The notes under the pieces were generated by a model. The model was given only the letters and a program-made list of their open reading frames with translations, did no database searches and was not told where the DNA came from. The position numbers and the translations under genes are program-made. 64,000 bases of DNA from a virus. Every line of letters begins with the position of its first letter. Within the stretch, counting starts at the first letter, position 1. The stretch covers positions 14,717 to 78,716 of the IMG/VR virus record IMGVR_UViG_3300044970_002959; one strand, given 5' to 3'. Below, in pieces: positions 9,101 to 16,875 of this stretch.

Positions 9101-11079
9101 ACGATGCTCTTGGATATGAAACTCGTCAACAACTAGAACAAACCGAATTAGATACCTATAGAAAGAAGTATGGAGAAAGAAAGTCTGTTATAGATCAAGT
9201 TCTAGATGAGGCAGCTGCTAGTGCTGGTAGTGGCGTTGAAGGTCTTACTGGCTCGAAGACACTTGGAACCATAGCTCAAACAGTAGCAAGAATTGGTGTT
9301 GGGGCGCTAGATCCCGCCGAAATGGCTGTGGGTATTGGTACTGGTGGTATTGGCAAAGCATTGTCTGCCGCACAAGATGTTGCCAACTCTGGTAAGGCAG
9401 TAGCTAATGCCAAAGGAATTGCTGCTAGAGCAGCGCAAAATCCATCAAGATACACGCCGGGAACGCTCAGACTACCCAAAAGCACAAAAGCTGCCAATCC
9501 AAGAAGTGTACTAGATGAAGCTGGTAATTTTAGATCACAAAAAGATGTAGAGGCGGCTAGAGAAGCTCGTAAAATAGAGAGACATGCTAGAAAAGATGCT
9601 GGAATAGCAAGAGCTGTTAAGGTTGAAGATCAAAAGGCATCGCAATTTTTAGAAGAGGCTGGGGACAGTGTTGATAATAGTGTGTCCTCATCGCCAAACG
9701 AAACAAAGGACTTGTCTCTTTTCGATGGAAGAGAGGTATCTCCAAACTCTGTTCCGTGGGTCGCCAGAGAAAAAACCAGAAGCAGTCTGGAGTTGGCCTG
9801 GGCCGTTGAAGATGGAAAAAAGATGGCAGAGAGTTTCAAAAGACAAGGTATAGAGATGCCAGACTTTACCTCCCCGTCTCCCGCTACAACAAGTAGAACC
9901 ACAGCAGCAACAAGAGCAGCATCCACAAAAACAGGAGGCTCTACCAGAACATCGCTATCGCAAGCAATAGCGGAAGCAGACAAGGATGAGATACTCAAAA
10001 AATATGGTAGCGGCGGAGAAGGCAAATATGGTGGTAGCAATAGATACGATTTATCCAAAGAAGCTGCTGAAGGACCAATAACAGCGAAGGAACGCAAAGA
10101 AGCAATTAAGTCAGTTAAAGATGCTAAAAAAACAGCAGAGATTCGGGCAACCCAAAAGGCTTCTGCGGATAGAAGCGTAGAAGAGCAAACATACGCGGCT
10201 TTACAAAGATTAGAAAAAGATAAGTCTAATAGAAGATCTTTAGTTAGGTCTGGTGTCGGTGCTGCGGGAGCTGGAGCAGTAGCCTATAATAAGGATGCTT
10301 TAGCTAATGCTATAGTTTCAGAAGAAGAAATGCGCAGACAAATACGTAAGGCTAGAGGTATGAGTACCGGCGGTGTGGTTTATGCGGCAAAAGGCCAGTT
10401 AATTCCTTTTACCCCAAAGGGTACGGATACGGTTCCCGCTATGCTAACGCCGGGTGAATTTGTGATCAACCGTGCTGCCACACAAAAACACCTACCCTTA
10501 TTAAAAGCTATTAATAATAATCAAGTACCAGGATATGCTAAAGGTGGCAAGGTTCGCTATTTTAGCGGTGGGTCAGATGGTCCTATATCTCCTTCGTCCG
10601 GCGGTTCTGGGGGTGGTGGCGGTGTATCTAATATTAGTTTGGACACATCGGGCTTGGATACCGCTTTTAATTCTTTTGCTACTAATGTAGAGTCACTAAA
10701 ATCTGTAATGGACAGCTTTGCAGCAGCAGCATCTAGCATTAGCGGTGGTTTTAGCCAGTTAAGTCAATTGGAGGCTGGGGCAAATAGGATTGGTACAGCA
10801 GCTACCTCGATTAGTGCAGCATCACAAACCTTCGGGTCTGTAATCGCTAACTTTAATACGTCGATAGCCGCTATGCAAGAGGCCTTTTCTAAGATTCCTA
10901 GCGCTGTAGATTTTAGAGTAAGTGGTTCGGTACCAATCAATATAACAGTAGATGTTAATGGTGGAGACGGATTACAAGATAGTTTAGCTCAATTCCAAGA
11001 CCAAATTTTTACCGAAATTTCTAATGGAATTAGCAACGCAATGCCAGGTGTGAATATAAGTTTTACTCGAACAACTTAG
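178..11079 (+). CDS. Giant tail tape measure protein (3633 aa) with repeated GG/DTVP modules and inserted domains
   Basis: N-terminal TP901-type TMP core (LAQAG, ESAETIATGLRTIFTR), Gly/Ala hydrophobic segments, long helical regions, four DTVP(A)xLTPGEFV motifs; first gene of tail block. Confidence 0.9.
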   Translation: MAAFNLTAELNIRGPSNLNRVVADIRRQLSTVSLDVNINPNTSRGIQAVTRDVRDLSAALRDAQSNAVALGAALRGIGGSFNNLSSSVNNIGNSLGRVSTSSTAVSTSIKAASSEMAEFGKQSALAIRRFAAFSVATGAVYTLGKAIASAYSEFVTFNQEFVRLQQVTDTTKAGLGGLASEITRLSTNLGVSSSELLNVSVTLAQAGLSAGETKQALEALAKSALAPSFDGLNETVEGSIALMRQFGIGAGELESALGSVNAVAAKFAVEASDIITAIQRTGGVFAAASQGVSQGKDALNEFLAVFTSVRATTRESAETIATGLRTIFTRIQRTSTIDSLKEFGITLTDLEGKFVGPFEAIRRLSDGLRTLDPRDLRFSEIVEELGGFRQIGKVIPLIQQFATAQQALSVAQKGSGSLANDAATAQEALAVRITKVREQFISLVRDIGQSSNFQAFADVSLKLASALISVADAAKDVLPALAAITAIRGVGALGQFFGGFSGGVSRRPRGFATGGVVPGSGNGDTVPAMLTPGEFVIRKKAVAAIGTSNLHRMNKYAGGGRVKKFARGGIANAPMVDDIIQTSGSILPKPSSIQDLIKAGGGGVDVDRTLIRTTGDKAYSSAPGSSKNAVLSKYFRDDENRLKDIQSSPLTSFGRALQQAIRAGELKAANVSIISKSRRTRGVPEYLSQLFGIPVQNMVFTQGGDKQPAMDAIRSKGPRANRVSRFALGGLVQRFAQKGTGSYRSGTVKPLSPEEQSELSGLLSLEKRWQDSGQKLRAFTSDKQSRLSQLKSRKELGGAQSDEIINGIKLSKTFGVSFLEGGAPDISATISDVLARGNATGVDKLREFIGNKQKARGARITTDGKSSTLSPGGKDIFDRQIMNGLPDLFDNAVAALPEPLRPGRGQVSTDQLISSSARQAVKGYFFEAFIRRASQNLLSDNDTTDAIFDFTGAGNKEALGRLFGGRFVTPNEFKVSPTPENIANAISKAIAISSPSALQYFNSGGSVEDTVPALLTPGEFVINKRAASRLGAAKLNQLNKADKVQGFNKGGVVQRFAGGGSVLPARPENPTRGNTTAVGAAIAAINEMSSALEALGLSASASSRLIEAGGAISIAVSERALQADVNRLRMAGASATDIYRAEQQLANVREQNANKLNTQQIMSGATGGTLQDIQTRAETERERLLDERRTIMASRGRTQQEIEETLANDTGFQDHVRRRSYETATTAVTGAPARSMRDAGVTGADIEQYVNQSMMDRRTLAQMDAQLIRTREQELRSSAAFASASSTEQRRMLGELRARNNEEIRERRNIVNQLAKDRGMTSGLTGAVGRGFRTTGALFGMGTFAENENVPGGGMGGRLNRFSAGAQRAGLGLSLAGGMIGNTIGDAIGGKTGAGIGAATSAFASSVGVGAMFGPVGALAGVVTGATAAIKAWTDAVSDATLAEEASKTEKASIKIQKGFEKLEKSTTNAESSSLIKDIVDNLRSTSGSFSRSVNSTTDKIAPASGWSGFFADLGNSTANITSEIASQGFESLGNILKSGLNLTGLTNMPIQDTPANFNGFRREIDTNQLGKEIAALARNSQVNRDLPQLFEQGLRKGRTFEQISAEIGPDSLASMKEIFAVSQGNETITSLMADRSAARQQLSQADTDEDRDRIKRRIDNLNKLIRRIAEESFNNDIKKSIVDKIAAEKKLEQAAASATVRINLFASVLNDISSAVNKAGVDFQAAQRQIEINLGSAFGDQVQMAGPDRRNENVLENMSAYSVEAIRSEIGKIGSDLKFNPAVVQEAQSAATNKKILETELPKILSEIAAKEKKGFDPEGSAAQVIRNRLSTVLEGKVDDPNAIISNVIAKITEKIQTNSRQGLTVEELSKDNNAINEILSSDTKTLEIFNNLIKMANDQVAALTASFNRFSGQLNRFSELQIQKENIGIEGENQLTQALGGNLSLFDMNEPFENAIDILTSRIGADGRPARGTGTLDPAQIMQRMLEKEAEAANIQKQLDQERPSVDSARFKELNSSLARTTAEARNLQTAHQKLATDSSRASNALAKIGEIRQQNENRQSMFLEILKNANNPEWQMEFINSVDNYQRVMAGQNVGPDGWASAVQGLENALRANPRDAKDIQEKFIQNAANLQGLDKNFVQNMMNSIGIGLGEPSPEMKGLIDEFYRFNEVQQEAINQSAERIITAGKEFLTAVNQAGANWNATVGAGGQRDPSVVKPANPPRLARGGVVYAQDGGHMVNFQPRGTDTVPAMLTPGEFVVNRKAAAKNMGLLKAINSGAKGYSRGGIVYLQQGGYVPKDTTIDADAKALEVEMNTEYAAVDQKIAENDALMALLRSDYANIPEGPQKEAILEKIRQTYVANGELQTQRKQIEESFIPRMDQIRERRDLERDRRIAGTGELNMFDMESLDTTDIPGDELRFKGMDFATGRVDLNRLTLEEQKQYETYQAEVEKRKQARIQKAKDRVASVDGPPAATSSAPQQEPELTKDFLIGGYKPKPIGMGPDSNKPDSGKPPIQRGPYDPNKPDDGRPAMEMLSGSDVTPEERIAARRNAARQAYLADKNQKRANFLANNPFYAKKEQEKQQRAQQEQKDALAWKQKQLGPNAKISSEETQDIIKEHRAMKREERAKKERLATYGTEDKLSPEKAREILDEKRGAALAKRFGWKADSIAGTYEGGDRLEPQEVTRLPAKDRELLTQYQNAQIAKAAEAERNKKKSEMVAAREKEDATFRASLDKKAEESMATYRSNKAKETQLQQEADKKKQEEAGAAAIAKKAADEKRLQDSIKAQNAEYEAQKLAKEQKKLKEEAEARDLKEAQVTAVENAVQIDPVSRQIININPDQVNSRVAELREKKKAKLDPFVAGGKRSGASKPRTEADLAKIDPEFAQLNKELEREELVKAGIDRARTKFDEKRAEENLATQDRYEELKSLADKNKLSPQDSQEYATLAIKRGVKPSEIAGGGAVRAERVLRDDALGYETRQQLEQTELDTYRKKYGERKSVIDQVLDEAAASAGSGVEGLTGSKTLGTIAQTVARIGVGALDPAEMAVGIGTGGIGKALSAAQDVANSGKAVANAKGIAARAAQNPSRYTPGTLRLPKSTKAANPRSVLDEAGNFRSQKDVEAAREARKIERHARKDAGIARAVKVEDQKASQFLEEAGDSVDNSVSSSPNETKDLSLFDGREVSPNSVPWVAREKTRSSLELAWAVEDGKKMAESFKRQGIEMPDFTSPSPATTSRTTAATRAASTKTGGSTRTSLSQAIAEADKDEILKKYGSGGEGKYGGSNRYDLSKEAAEGPITAKERKEAIKSVKDAKKTAEIRATQKASADRSVEEQTYAALQRLEKDKSNRRSLVRSGVGAAGAGAVAYNKDALANAIVSEEEMRRQIRKARGMSTGGVVYAAKGQLIPFTPKGTDTVPAMLTPGEFVINRAATQKHLPLLKAINNNQVPGYAKGGKVRYFSGGSDGPISPSSGGSGGGGGVSNISLDTSGLDTAFNSFATNVESLKSVMDSFAAAASSISGGFSQLSQLEAGANRIGTAATSISAASQTFGSVIANFNTSIAAMQEAFSKIPSAVDFRVSGSVPINITVDVNGGDGLQDSLAQFQDQIFTEISNGISNAMPGVNISFTRTT

Positions 11080-11088
11080 GGAGCAACC

Positions 11089-13950
11089 ATGTCGATTAAA
11101 TATTATGCTAATAAAGTACAAGAAACATCTAATACAACTACCACCATTAATCCCGGTGGCAACCTTGTGCTAAATGGCGCATCCGTAGGCTACAGGAGTT
11201 TGTCTGGCACTATAGGACCAAACAACAGCTTATCTTATTATATTTATCGTATAGACGCATCCGCTAATTTTGAATGGGAAATTGGTATTGGTTATATCTC
11301 TAGTAGCGGTGGAGTTAACCAGCTAGTAAGAGAAAAGGTAATAGCCTCTAGTACTGCTGGTGGATTTGTTGGTTTCACAGCAGGTACGAAATACATAGAA
11401 CCAATTATTAGTCAAGATAGAGTCAACTCTTCTTTCGTTAACCTAGAAGAAAGATCATCAAGCTTCACAGCCCCGGTAGCATCCGCCACATATGTAATAG
11501 ATGCTTCGTCAAATAATATTACTGTTTCTTTACCTAGCGTTTCCGGTATAGAGCCCGTTGTTTTGGGTTTCATGCTAAATAAGACCATAGGAAATCAATT
11601 CGAACAATCTGGTGCTATTGAACTAGTTCCTAGCGGCACAGAAACCATCAATGGCACAAATTTACCATATGATATTTCTATTAAAAAAGACTATATACAA
11701 TTAATATCTGTACCCTCTCAGAGCGGATGGTTGGTATTGGACCCTATCCAGGACTCTACCACAGCTTATGGTAATGTTGGTACTATTCAATTTGCTAATA
11801 ATCAAGCTTTTAGTGGAGTAGCTTCTTTGTCTTGGGAGCCAACCTCTAGCTCTTTATTAGTCGGTGGTTCTGGAACTATATTGTCCGCGGATGTAATAAT
11901 CCCAACAGGTACGCAAACAGTTGTATTTAATGAACAATCATTAGATAAAGATTTCAGAGTAGAAGGTAGTGGCAGCACACACTTATTATTCGTGGATGCT
12001 AGCACAAACAATGTTGGCATAAATACTTCGAACCTTACCGATAAACTAACCATCACATCAACTTCGGGCTCTGGTCTAACCATACAAGCTAGTGGTGCTG
12101 GTCCCGCAATATCTCTTAAAAATACCGCTCTTAGTGGAGTAGCATCATCAAATACCATAGGAAGCATATCTTTTGATGCTCTAAATAACTCGGGCAATCC
12201 TGTTCAATATGCAGAGATATATGGTAAAATATTATCTAATAATAGTCTATCAGAAGATTCTGTTGTTAATATAGATGTAAATAAAGATGGATCTAAAGAA
12301 ACTGTAGCTTCTTTTAGTGCTAGCGGAGTTACTCTTGGCTTTAATAGCCAAAATGTTGATGGCATTTTGTTGGGTTCTGTTTCTAGTAATCAAGGAGATA
12401 ATGTTGTTCTAGGTTACTATAATAATGTTTGCGGTAATAATTCGGTGGTTTTGGGAAATAATGCTGTTTTATCTACTGGCACTTTTGGTGGTATTATTGG
12501 TCTCGACCATACCGCATCTGGTAATAATGTGTGGATCATCGGCGGGTCGGGAGTAACAGCAACGGGCAATAATAGTGTATACCTAGCATTAAACAACAAT
12601 ACCTATGTAAAAATTGATAATCAGTCTAAGCTAAGATATACAACACAATCTACAGATAATGTTTCTATTGGCATTAATAATACTGCTATTTTAGCTAGTG
12701 GAGTAGAAGAGTCGTTGTCTATGGAGTTCGTGAACTCTTCTGGAGTACAAAAAACGGGCTTGTTAATATCTAGTCAAATAAACGGCGTGGTTGGCGGTTC
12801 GGAGAATACAGCACTAACCGCAAAAATTATTCAAGACGGAACTCAGTCTCAGGTCGTGAGAGTAGAGAAAAATAATGTTGTTATTGGTAAAAACGCAACA
12901 GTAGGCAACAATGTTATTTATGGTCACGACAATTCTGTTCTATCTAGTGGTAATATAGTATATGGAAAAAATATCAATGCTAGTGGTACAAATAATGTAT
13001 TGCTTGGTAAAAATATTAGTGGTAGCGGAAATAATATTACCGTATTAGGATCAGATAATACGTGTGGAGCATCGGGTAATCTTGGCGTGATAATGGTCGG
13101 AAACAACAATCTTGCTAATGAAGACTATGTTGTGGCTATAGGTGATAATAATGCTGCTAGTGGTCTTTATGCTATAGCTTGTGGATATAATAACGGAGCA
13201 CATGCGGAGTATTCTGTTGCTGTTGGCTCCGATAACTTGGCTTTATCTAGAGCTAGTGTGTTGGTTGGCAGAAGCAATAGCGCTAGTGGCACATCGTTAG
13301 ATGCTTCTGTATTTGCTGTTGGTATTGGAAATACAGCTAGTATCAGCAACTCTGGAATTTTGGTTGGTTATGGTAATGAGCTTTATGGATCTGGTGGCTT
13401 ATTGTGTGGTACTGATTTGTATGCTTCTGGCAATAATAATATTGTTGTAGGAAGATCTTCTGATGTAGTTGGAACAAATAATGTAATAGTAGGCCATAAT
13501 ATTGCTTATTCTGGATCTAATAGCGTAGTTATTTCTGGTAGTGGATTGGTATCTTTATCTGTTGGCCCAGCTAGTTTAAATGTAGTTAGTAGTGGAGTGT
13601 TGTATTCTGGATATCCTACCACTGGCGGAGGCTCACCACTAGTAATAGAAAACAATATAATAAAAGCCTCTACCAGTTCCGAAAGATACAAAGAAAACAT
13701 AAGGCCATACGACAAAGGCCTTGAAGACTTAATGAAATTGGATCCTGTTTATTTTAATTATAAAGGGAATCCAACAACCAGAGCTGGCTTAATAGCAGAA
13801 AAAGTTTCAGCGTCCGGCCTGGAAGAATTTGTTGTAAGAGAAGACAACGGGACTATAGAAAGCATTAATTATCATCATATGATAGTTTTATTAATTAATT
13901 CAATTAAAGAACTTCAGGCAGAAATTAATGAGCTTAAAAAAAATAACTAA
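11089..13950 (+). CDS. Tail fibre/spike with GxxN beta-roll repeats and C-terminal S74-type intramolecular chaperone
   Basis: Many VxxGxxN repeats; C-terminal SSERYKENI...LxPVxFNYK...GLIAE...LINSIKEL followed by coiled coil. Confidence 0.85.
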   Translation: MSIKYYANKVQETSNTTTTINPGGNLVLNGASVGYRSLSGTIGPNNSLSYYIYRIDASANFEWEIGIGYISSSGGVNQLVREKVIASSTAGGFVGFTAGTKYIEPIISQDRVNSSFVNLEERSSSFTAPVASATYVIDASSNNITVSLPSVSGIEPVVLGFMLNKTIGNQFEQSGAIELVPSGTETINGTNLPYDISIKKDYIQLISVPSQSGWLVLDPIQDSTTAYGNVGTIQFANNQAFSGVASLSWEPTSSSLLVGGSGTILSADVIIPTGTQTVVFNEQSLDKDFRVEGSGSTHLLFVDASTNNVGINTSNLTDKLTITSTSGSGLTIQASGAGPAISLKNTALSGVASSNTIGSISFDALNNSGNPVQYAEIYGKILSNNSLSEDSVVNIDVNKDGSKETVASFSASGVTLGFNSQNVDGILLGSVSSNQGDNVVLGYYNNVCGNNSVVLGNNAVLSTGTFGGIIGLDHTASGNNVWIIGGSGVTATGNNSVYLALNNNTYVKIDNQSKLRYTTQSTDNVSIGINNTAILASGVEESLSMEFVNSSGVQKTGLLISSQINGVVGGSENTALTAKIIQDGTQSQVVRVEKNNVVIGKNATVGNNVIYGHDNSVLSSGNIVYGKNINASGTNNVLLGKNISGSGNNITVLGSDNTCGASGNLGVIMVGNNNLANEDYVVAIGDNNAASGLYAIACGYNNGAHAEYSVAVGSDNLALSRASVLVGRSNSASGTSLDASVFAVGIGNTASISNSGILVGYGNELYGSGGLLCGTDLYASGNNNIVVGRSSDVVGTNNVIVGHNIAYSGSNSVVISGSGLVSLSVGPASLNVVSSGVLYSGYPTTGGGSPLVIENNIIKASTSSERYKENIRPYDKGLEDLMKLDPVYFNYKGNPTTRAGLIAEKVSASGLEEFVVREDNGTIESINYHHMIVLLINSIKELQAEINELKKNN

Positions 13951-13979
13951 TTTTAGTTAGATTATCATAGGATTTATTT

Positions 13980-15422
13980 ATGTCTATAACAATAGGAGAA
14001 GCAACTCTGGACTCAACATCAACGCCTATGGTCAAGGTAGCGTATGATTACTTCAAAAGTAAGTCCGGAGAGGTTTTAGGCGGTAATACCATCTTTACTA
14101 TTAGCGGTACGGTTACTGTCGAGGATGGAGGACTGTCTGGTTCTTCGGTAATGACAAAACTAAAAAGCATAAGAGATATGGGTAAGCAGAGTACCTGTGT
14201 GCCTGTGAATATTCCTGGATTTTTTAATGGGCAGGGTAGAATTTCCAATGTAAGCATAGAACAAGGTCCCGATCCAACATGGGTTAATCAGGGTGGATAT
14301 AGTATTGAGGTGAGAACACCTATCGAGAATTTGCCCCCTAATAGTTTAGGAATTACAAAAGATGATTGCGTTACAGACCTTAGCATATCGGAAAGTATAG
14401 AAATAGGTGAAGAATCTCATGGAATTATTATAGATTCTATGGGTAGTTCTTTTGTTAAGTTTACGAACAAGATTAGCGTTACTTGCAAGCCTTTGTGTTC
14501 TAGTAGCGGAACCCCCTTTAGTAAAGCTTTAGGGGTTGTGAAAAGACTCATAAAAATTGGTCCGCAAAATGATATTTTTTCTGAATATAAAAACTGGAAA
14601 ATATGCTTACAAGATAGAACACTAGAAATGAGTTCCGAAGGAAGTTTAAATTTTTCATCTACTATAATAATGCTACCTCCAACAACCACACATCTTGCAT
14701 TAGTAAACTTAAGTTTTGGTAGCAGCAGATCCTATGATTCCGAAACGCAAACAAAAACCATATCCGGAACTATTACTGGCTTGGCGCCGATATCTTGGTC
14801 AGACTTAGTGAATTTGGGAGATACTTGCTCCGCCTCAAAAATAGCCAATGCCGATGCTGCTCTATCAGAGATTAAAGGTAGATATAGAGATGTATCTTCT
14901 TGGGACGGAATGGATTTGCTTTTAACCAGAACGGCTAACTGTCCGGAAACATCCACTAATATCCCTACCGGCCAATGCGGTAATTCTACACAGCCACAGG
15001 TAGGATGTTTAGAGCCGTCAAACTCTACTATTTCCAAAAATAGAACAGAAGGATCTATTAATTTTAGTTTTGAGTGGGCGAGCACGGAATCTGGTCAGTG
15101 TGCGAGCGAAGGAAATAAAACAGAAGTGATTATTGATGTTGATGATCCTCAACCAACACTAGTAGAACATAGTATCATTGGTCACGGAACATCTATACAG
15201 AATATCAATTGCAAAACAGCCAAGCGCGTGTCTGGTACACTTACCATTACATCTCAAGGAGGAGGATGTCCATCTCCGGCCAACTGTTCATCAGGATCAG
15301 ATAATCTTATGGAGCAGATTAATCAACACACCGGAGACGGTACCTATTATACTATCGGTCATACAGAGACCCAAACACTTAATTCGTATAGCTTAAAAAT
15401 AGATCTTATTAAGGGTTGCTAA
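13980..15422 (+). CDS. Putative tail structural protein, paralog A (Cys-rich, beta-rich)
   Basis: Tail-module position; colinear similarity with next ORF (P.V...Y.Y, G.GRI..I.I, GTI.GL, G.I.FS.E). Confidence 0.6.
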   Translation: MSITIGEATLDSTSTPMVKVAYDYFKSKSGEVLGGNTIFTISGTVTVEDGGLSGSSVMTKLKSIRDMGKQSTCVPVNIPGFFNGQGRISNVSIEQGPDPTWVNQGGYSIEVRTPIENLPPNSLGITKDDCVTDLSISESIEIGEESHGIIIDSMGSSFVKFTNKISVTCKPLCSSSGTPFSKALGVVKRLIKIGPQNDIFSEYKNWKICLQDRTLEMSSEGSLNFSSTIIMLPPTTTHLALVNLSFGSSRSYDSETQTKTISGTITGLAPISWSDLVNLGDTCSASKIANADAALSEIKGRYRDVSSWDGMDLLLTRTANCPETSTNIPTGQCGNSTQPQVGCLEPSNSTISKNRTEGSINFSFEWASTESGQCASEGNKTEVIIDVDDPQPTLVEHSIIGHGTSIQNINCKTAKRVSGTLTITSQGGGCPSPANCSSGSDNLMEQINQHTGDGTYYTIGHTETQTLNSYSLKIDLIKGC

Positions 15423-15423
15423 A

Positions 15424-16875
15424 ATGAGTTCATTTAATTTTGTAAATGTTGGCGGAACCAATCTTAGGCCAGCTCCGTATGTTAGCACTAGTTACGAGTA
15501 CAATAAGTTTGGAGAGGTTATTATAGGTGGTGTTTTGCTAGTTACGCTAAACGGAACTTTGGTTGGTGAAGATATTATTAGTCAAATGAATAATTTAAGT
15601 TATAAGCAAATGAACACAAATTGTATTAATGTTATAATTGGGTGTTCTGGTAATAGTGATTTTTTAGATGGTTCTGGCAGAATTAGATCAATAGACATAA
15701 ATCCATCGGACCAGCCTTTCGTGGCTACTTATAGTATGCAGATAGCGATAGAAACAATAGGAGGCAAACCAGCTGTTGAGCCAGACTCTCAATTTTTAAA
15801 AAATAATTGTTTGAAAAACGTAGAATACTTACAAAGCTATAGTGAGACAATTAGTATTCAGGCAGAAGGATCAACTATAGGTTCTACAGATTCTATTATG
15901 AATGTTAGTAAATCATATGTAAAAGCTTCTGGACAAATATCTGTAGCTTCTTATGGTAGAGAAATTTGCGGAGTACCTGAATTTAAAGGAATAGATCAGT
16001 CCCTTGATATCATTAAACAAAGAGCAAATGCTCTATTATCCTTACAGTCATGCGACACCAGCCCCATCTCTACGTTTAGCGGATGGTCCAAATGGCTAGA
16101 CACAAAAAGGTTAGACATAGATACTGGCACAGGTACCGTAACCTGGTCTTTTGATCTATATATGAGCAAAGGAGGATGCGCTCCATCAGCATGGGTGGAC
16201 ATAACAACAGAAGATAAATTTGATGAAAAAAAGAAAATGAAAACCAAAATTATCAACGGAACCATCAAGGGTCTGTCCTCAGCAACAACAGACTATCTTG
16301 GTAATAAAGCCTCTGGTTCTGATAAAATGAGTAATGCTATGTCTGCTTATGGAAAGATATCCTCTTCTATTACTTCTGGTTCGTGGGCTGGAGATGGTAT
16401 AGTATTGTCTGGTACCGAGGGTTCTTGCATAGCCCCAGACCCATGCGTAAATAATAAGGTTTGTTATCAACGAATATCTAGCAATATTACTAAATCTATT
16501 ATAAGTGGTGAAATAACTTTTAGTGCAGAATTTGGAGATGTGAGCGCTTGTAAGGCAAACGGAGGAGGTATAGGCACTATTGATGTTAGTGTAGAAATTA
16601 GCAATCCGTCAGTGAAAATTGTGGAAATTATAGTGCCTAATGGTGTAAATGCTATTGTGCAACCAATAGGGGATACTCCAGCAAGAGCTACAGTAACAGC
16701 CAGAGGAACGCTATCAGGATGCGATCAAAGTAAGATCGCTCAATTAAAAAACTGCGTTCTAACAGAACTCAATAAAAAAGCTAGTAATTTTAATGGATGG
16801 ATTATACTTAAGAACAAGGAATCTATTGGAAATTTTTCTTATAGTTTAACTAGAGAGTATATAAGATGCGGCTAG
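15424..16875 (+). CDS. Putative tail structural protein, paralog B
   Basis: Tandem paralog of 13980..15422 of near-identical length. Confidence 0.6.
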   Translation: MSSFNFVNVGGTNLRPAPYVSTSYEYNKFGEVIIGGVLLVTLNGTLVGEDIISQMNNLSYKQMNTNCINVIIGCSGNSDFLDGSGRIRSIDINPSDQPFVATYSMQIAIETIGGKPAVEPDSQFLKNNCLKNVEYLQSYSETISIQAEGSTIGSTDSIMNVSKSYVKASGQISVASYGREICGVPEFKGIDQSLDIIKQRANALLSLQSCDTSPISTFSGWSKWLDTKRLDIDTGTGTVTWSFDLYMSKGGCAPSAWVDITTEDKFDEKKKMKTKIINGTIKGLSSATTDYLGNKASGSDKMSNAMSAYGKISSSITSGSWAGDGIVLSGTEGSCIAPDPCVNNKVCYQRISSNITKSIISGEITFSAEFGDVSACKANGGGIGTIDVSVEISNPSVKIVEIIVPNGVNAIVQPIGDTPARATVTARGTLSGCDQSKIAQLKNCVLTELNKKASNFNGWIILKNKESIGNFSYSLTREYIRCG

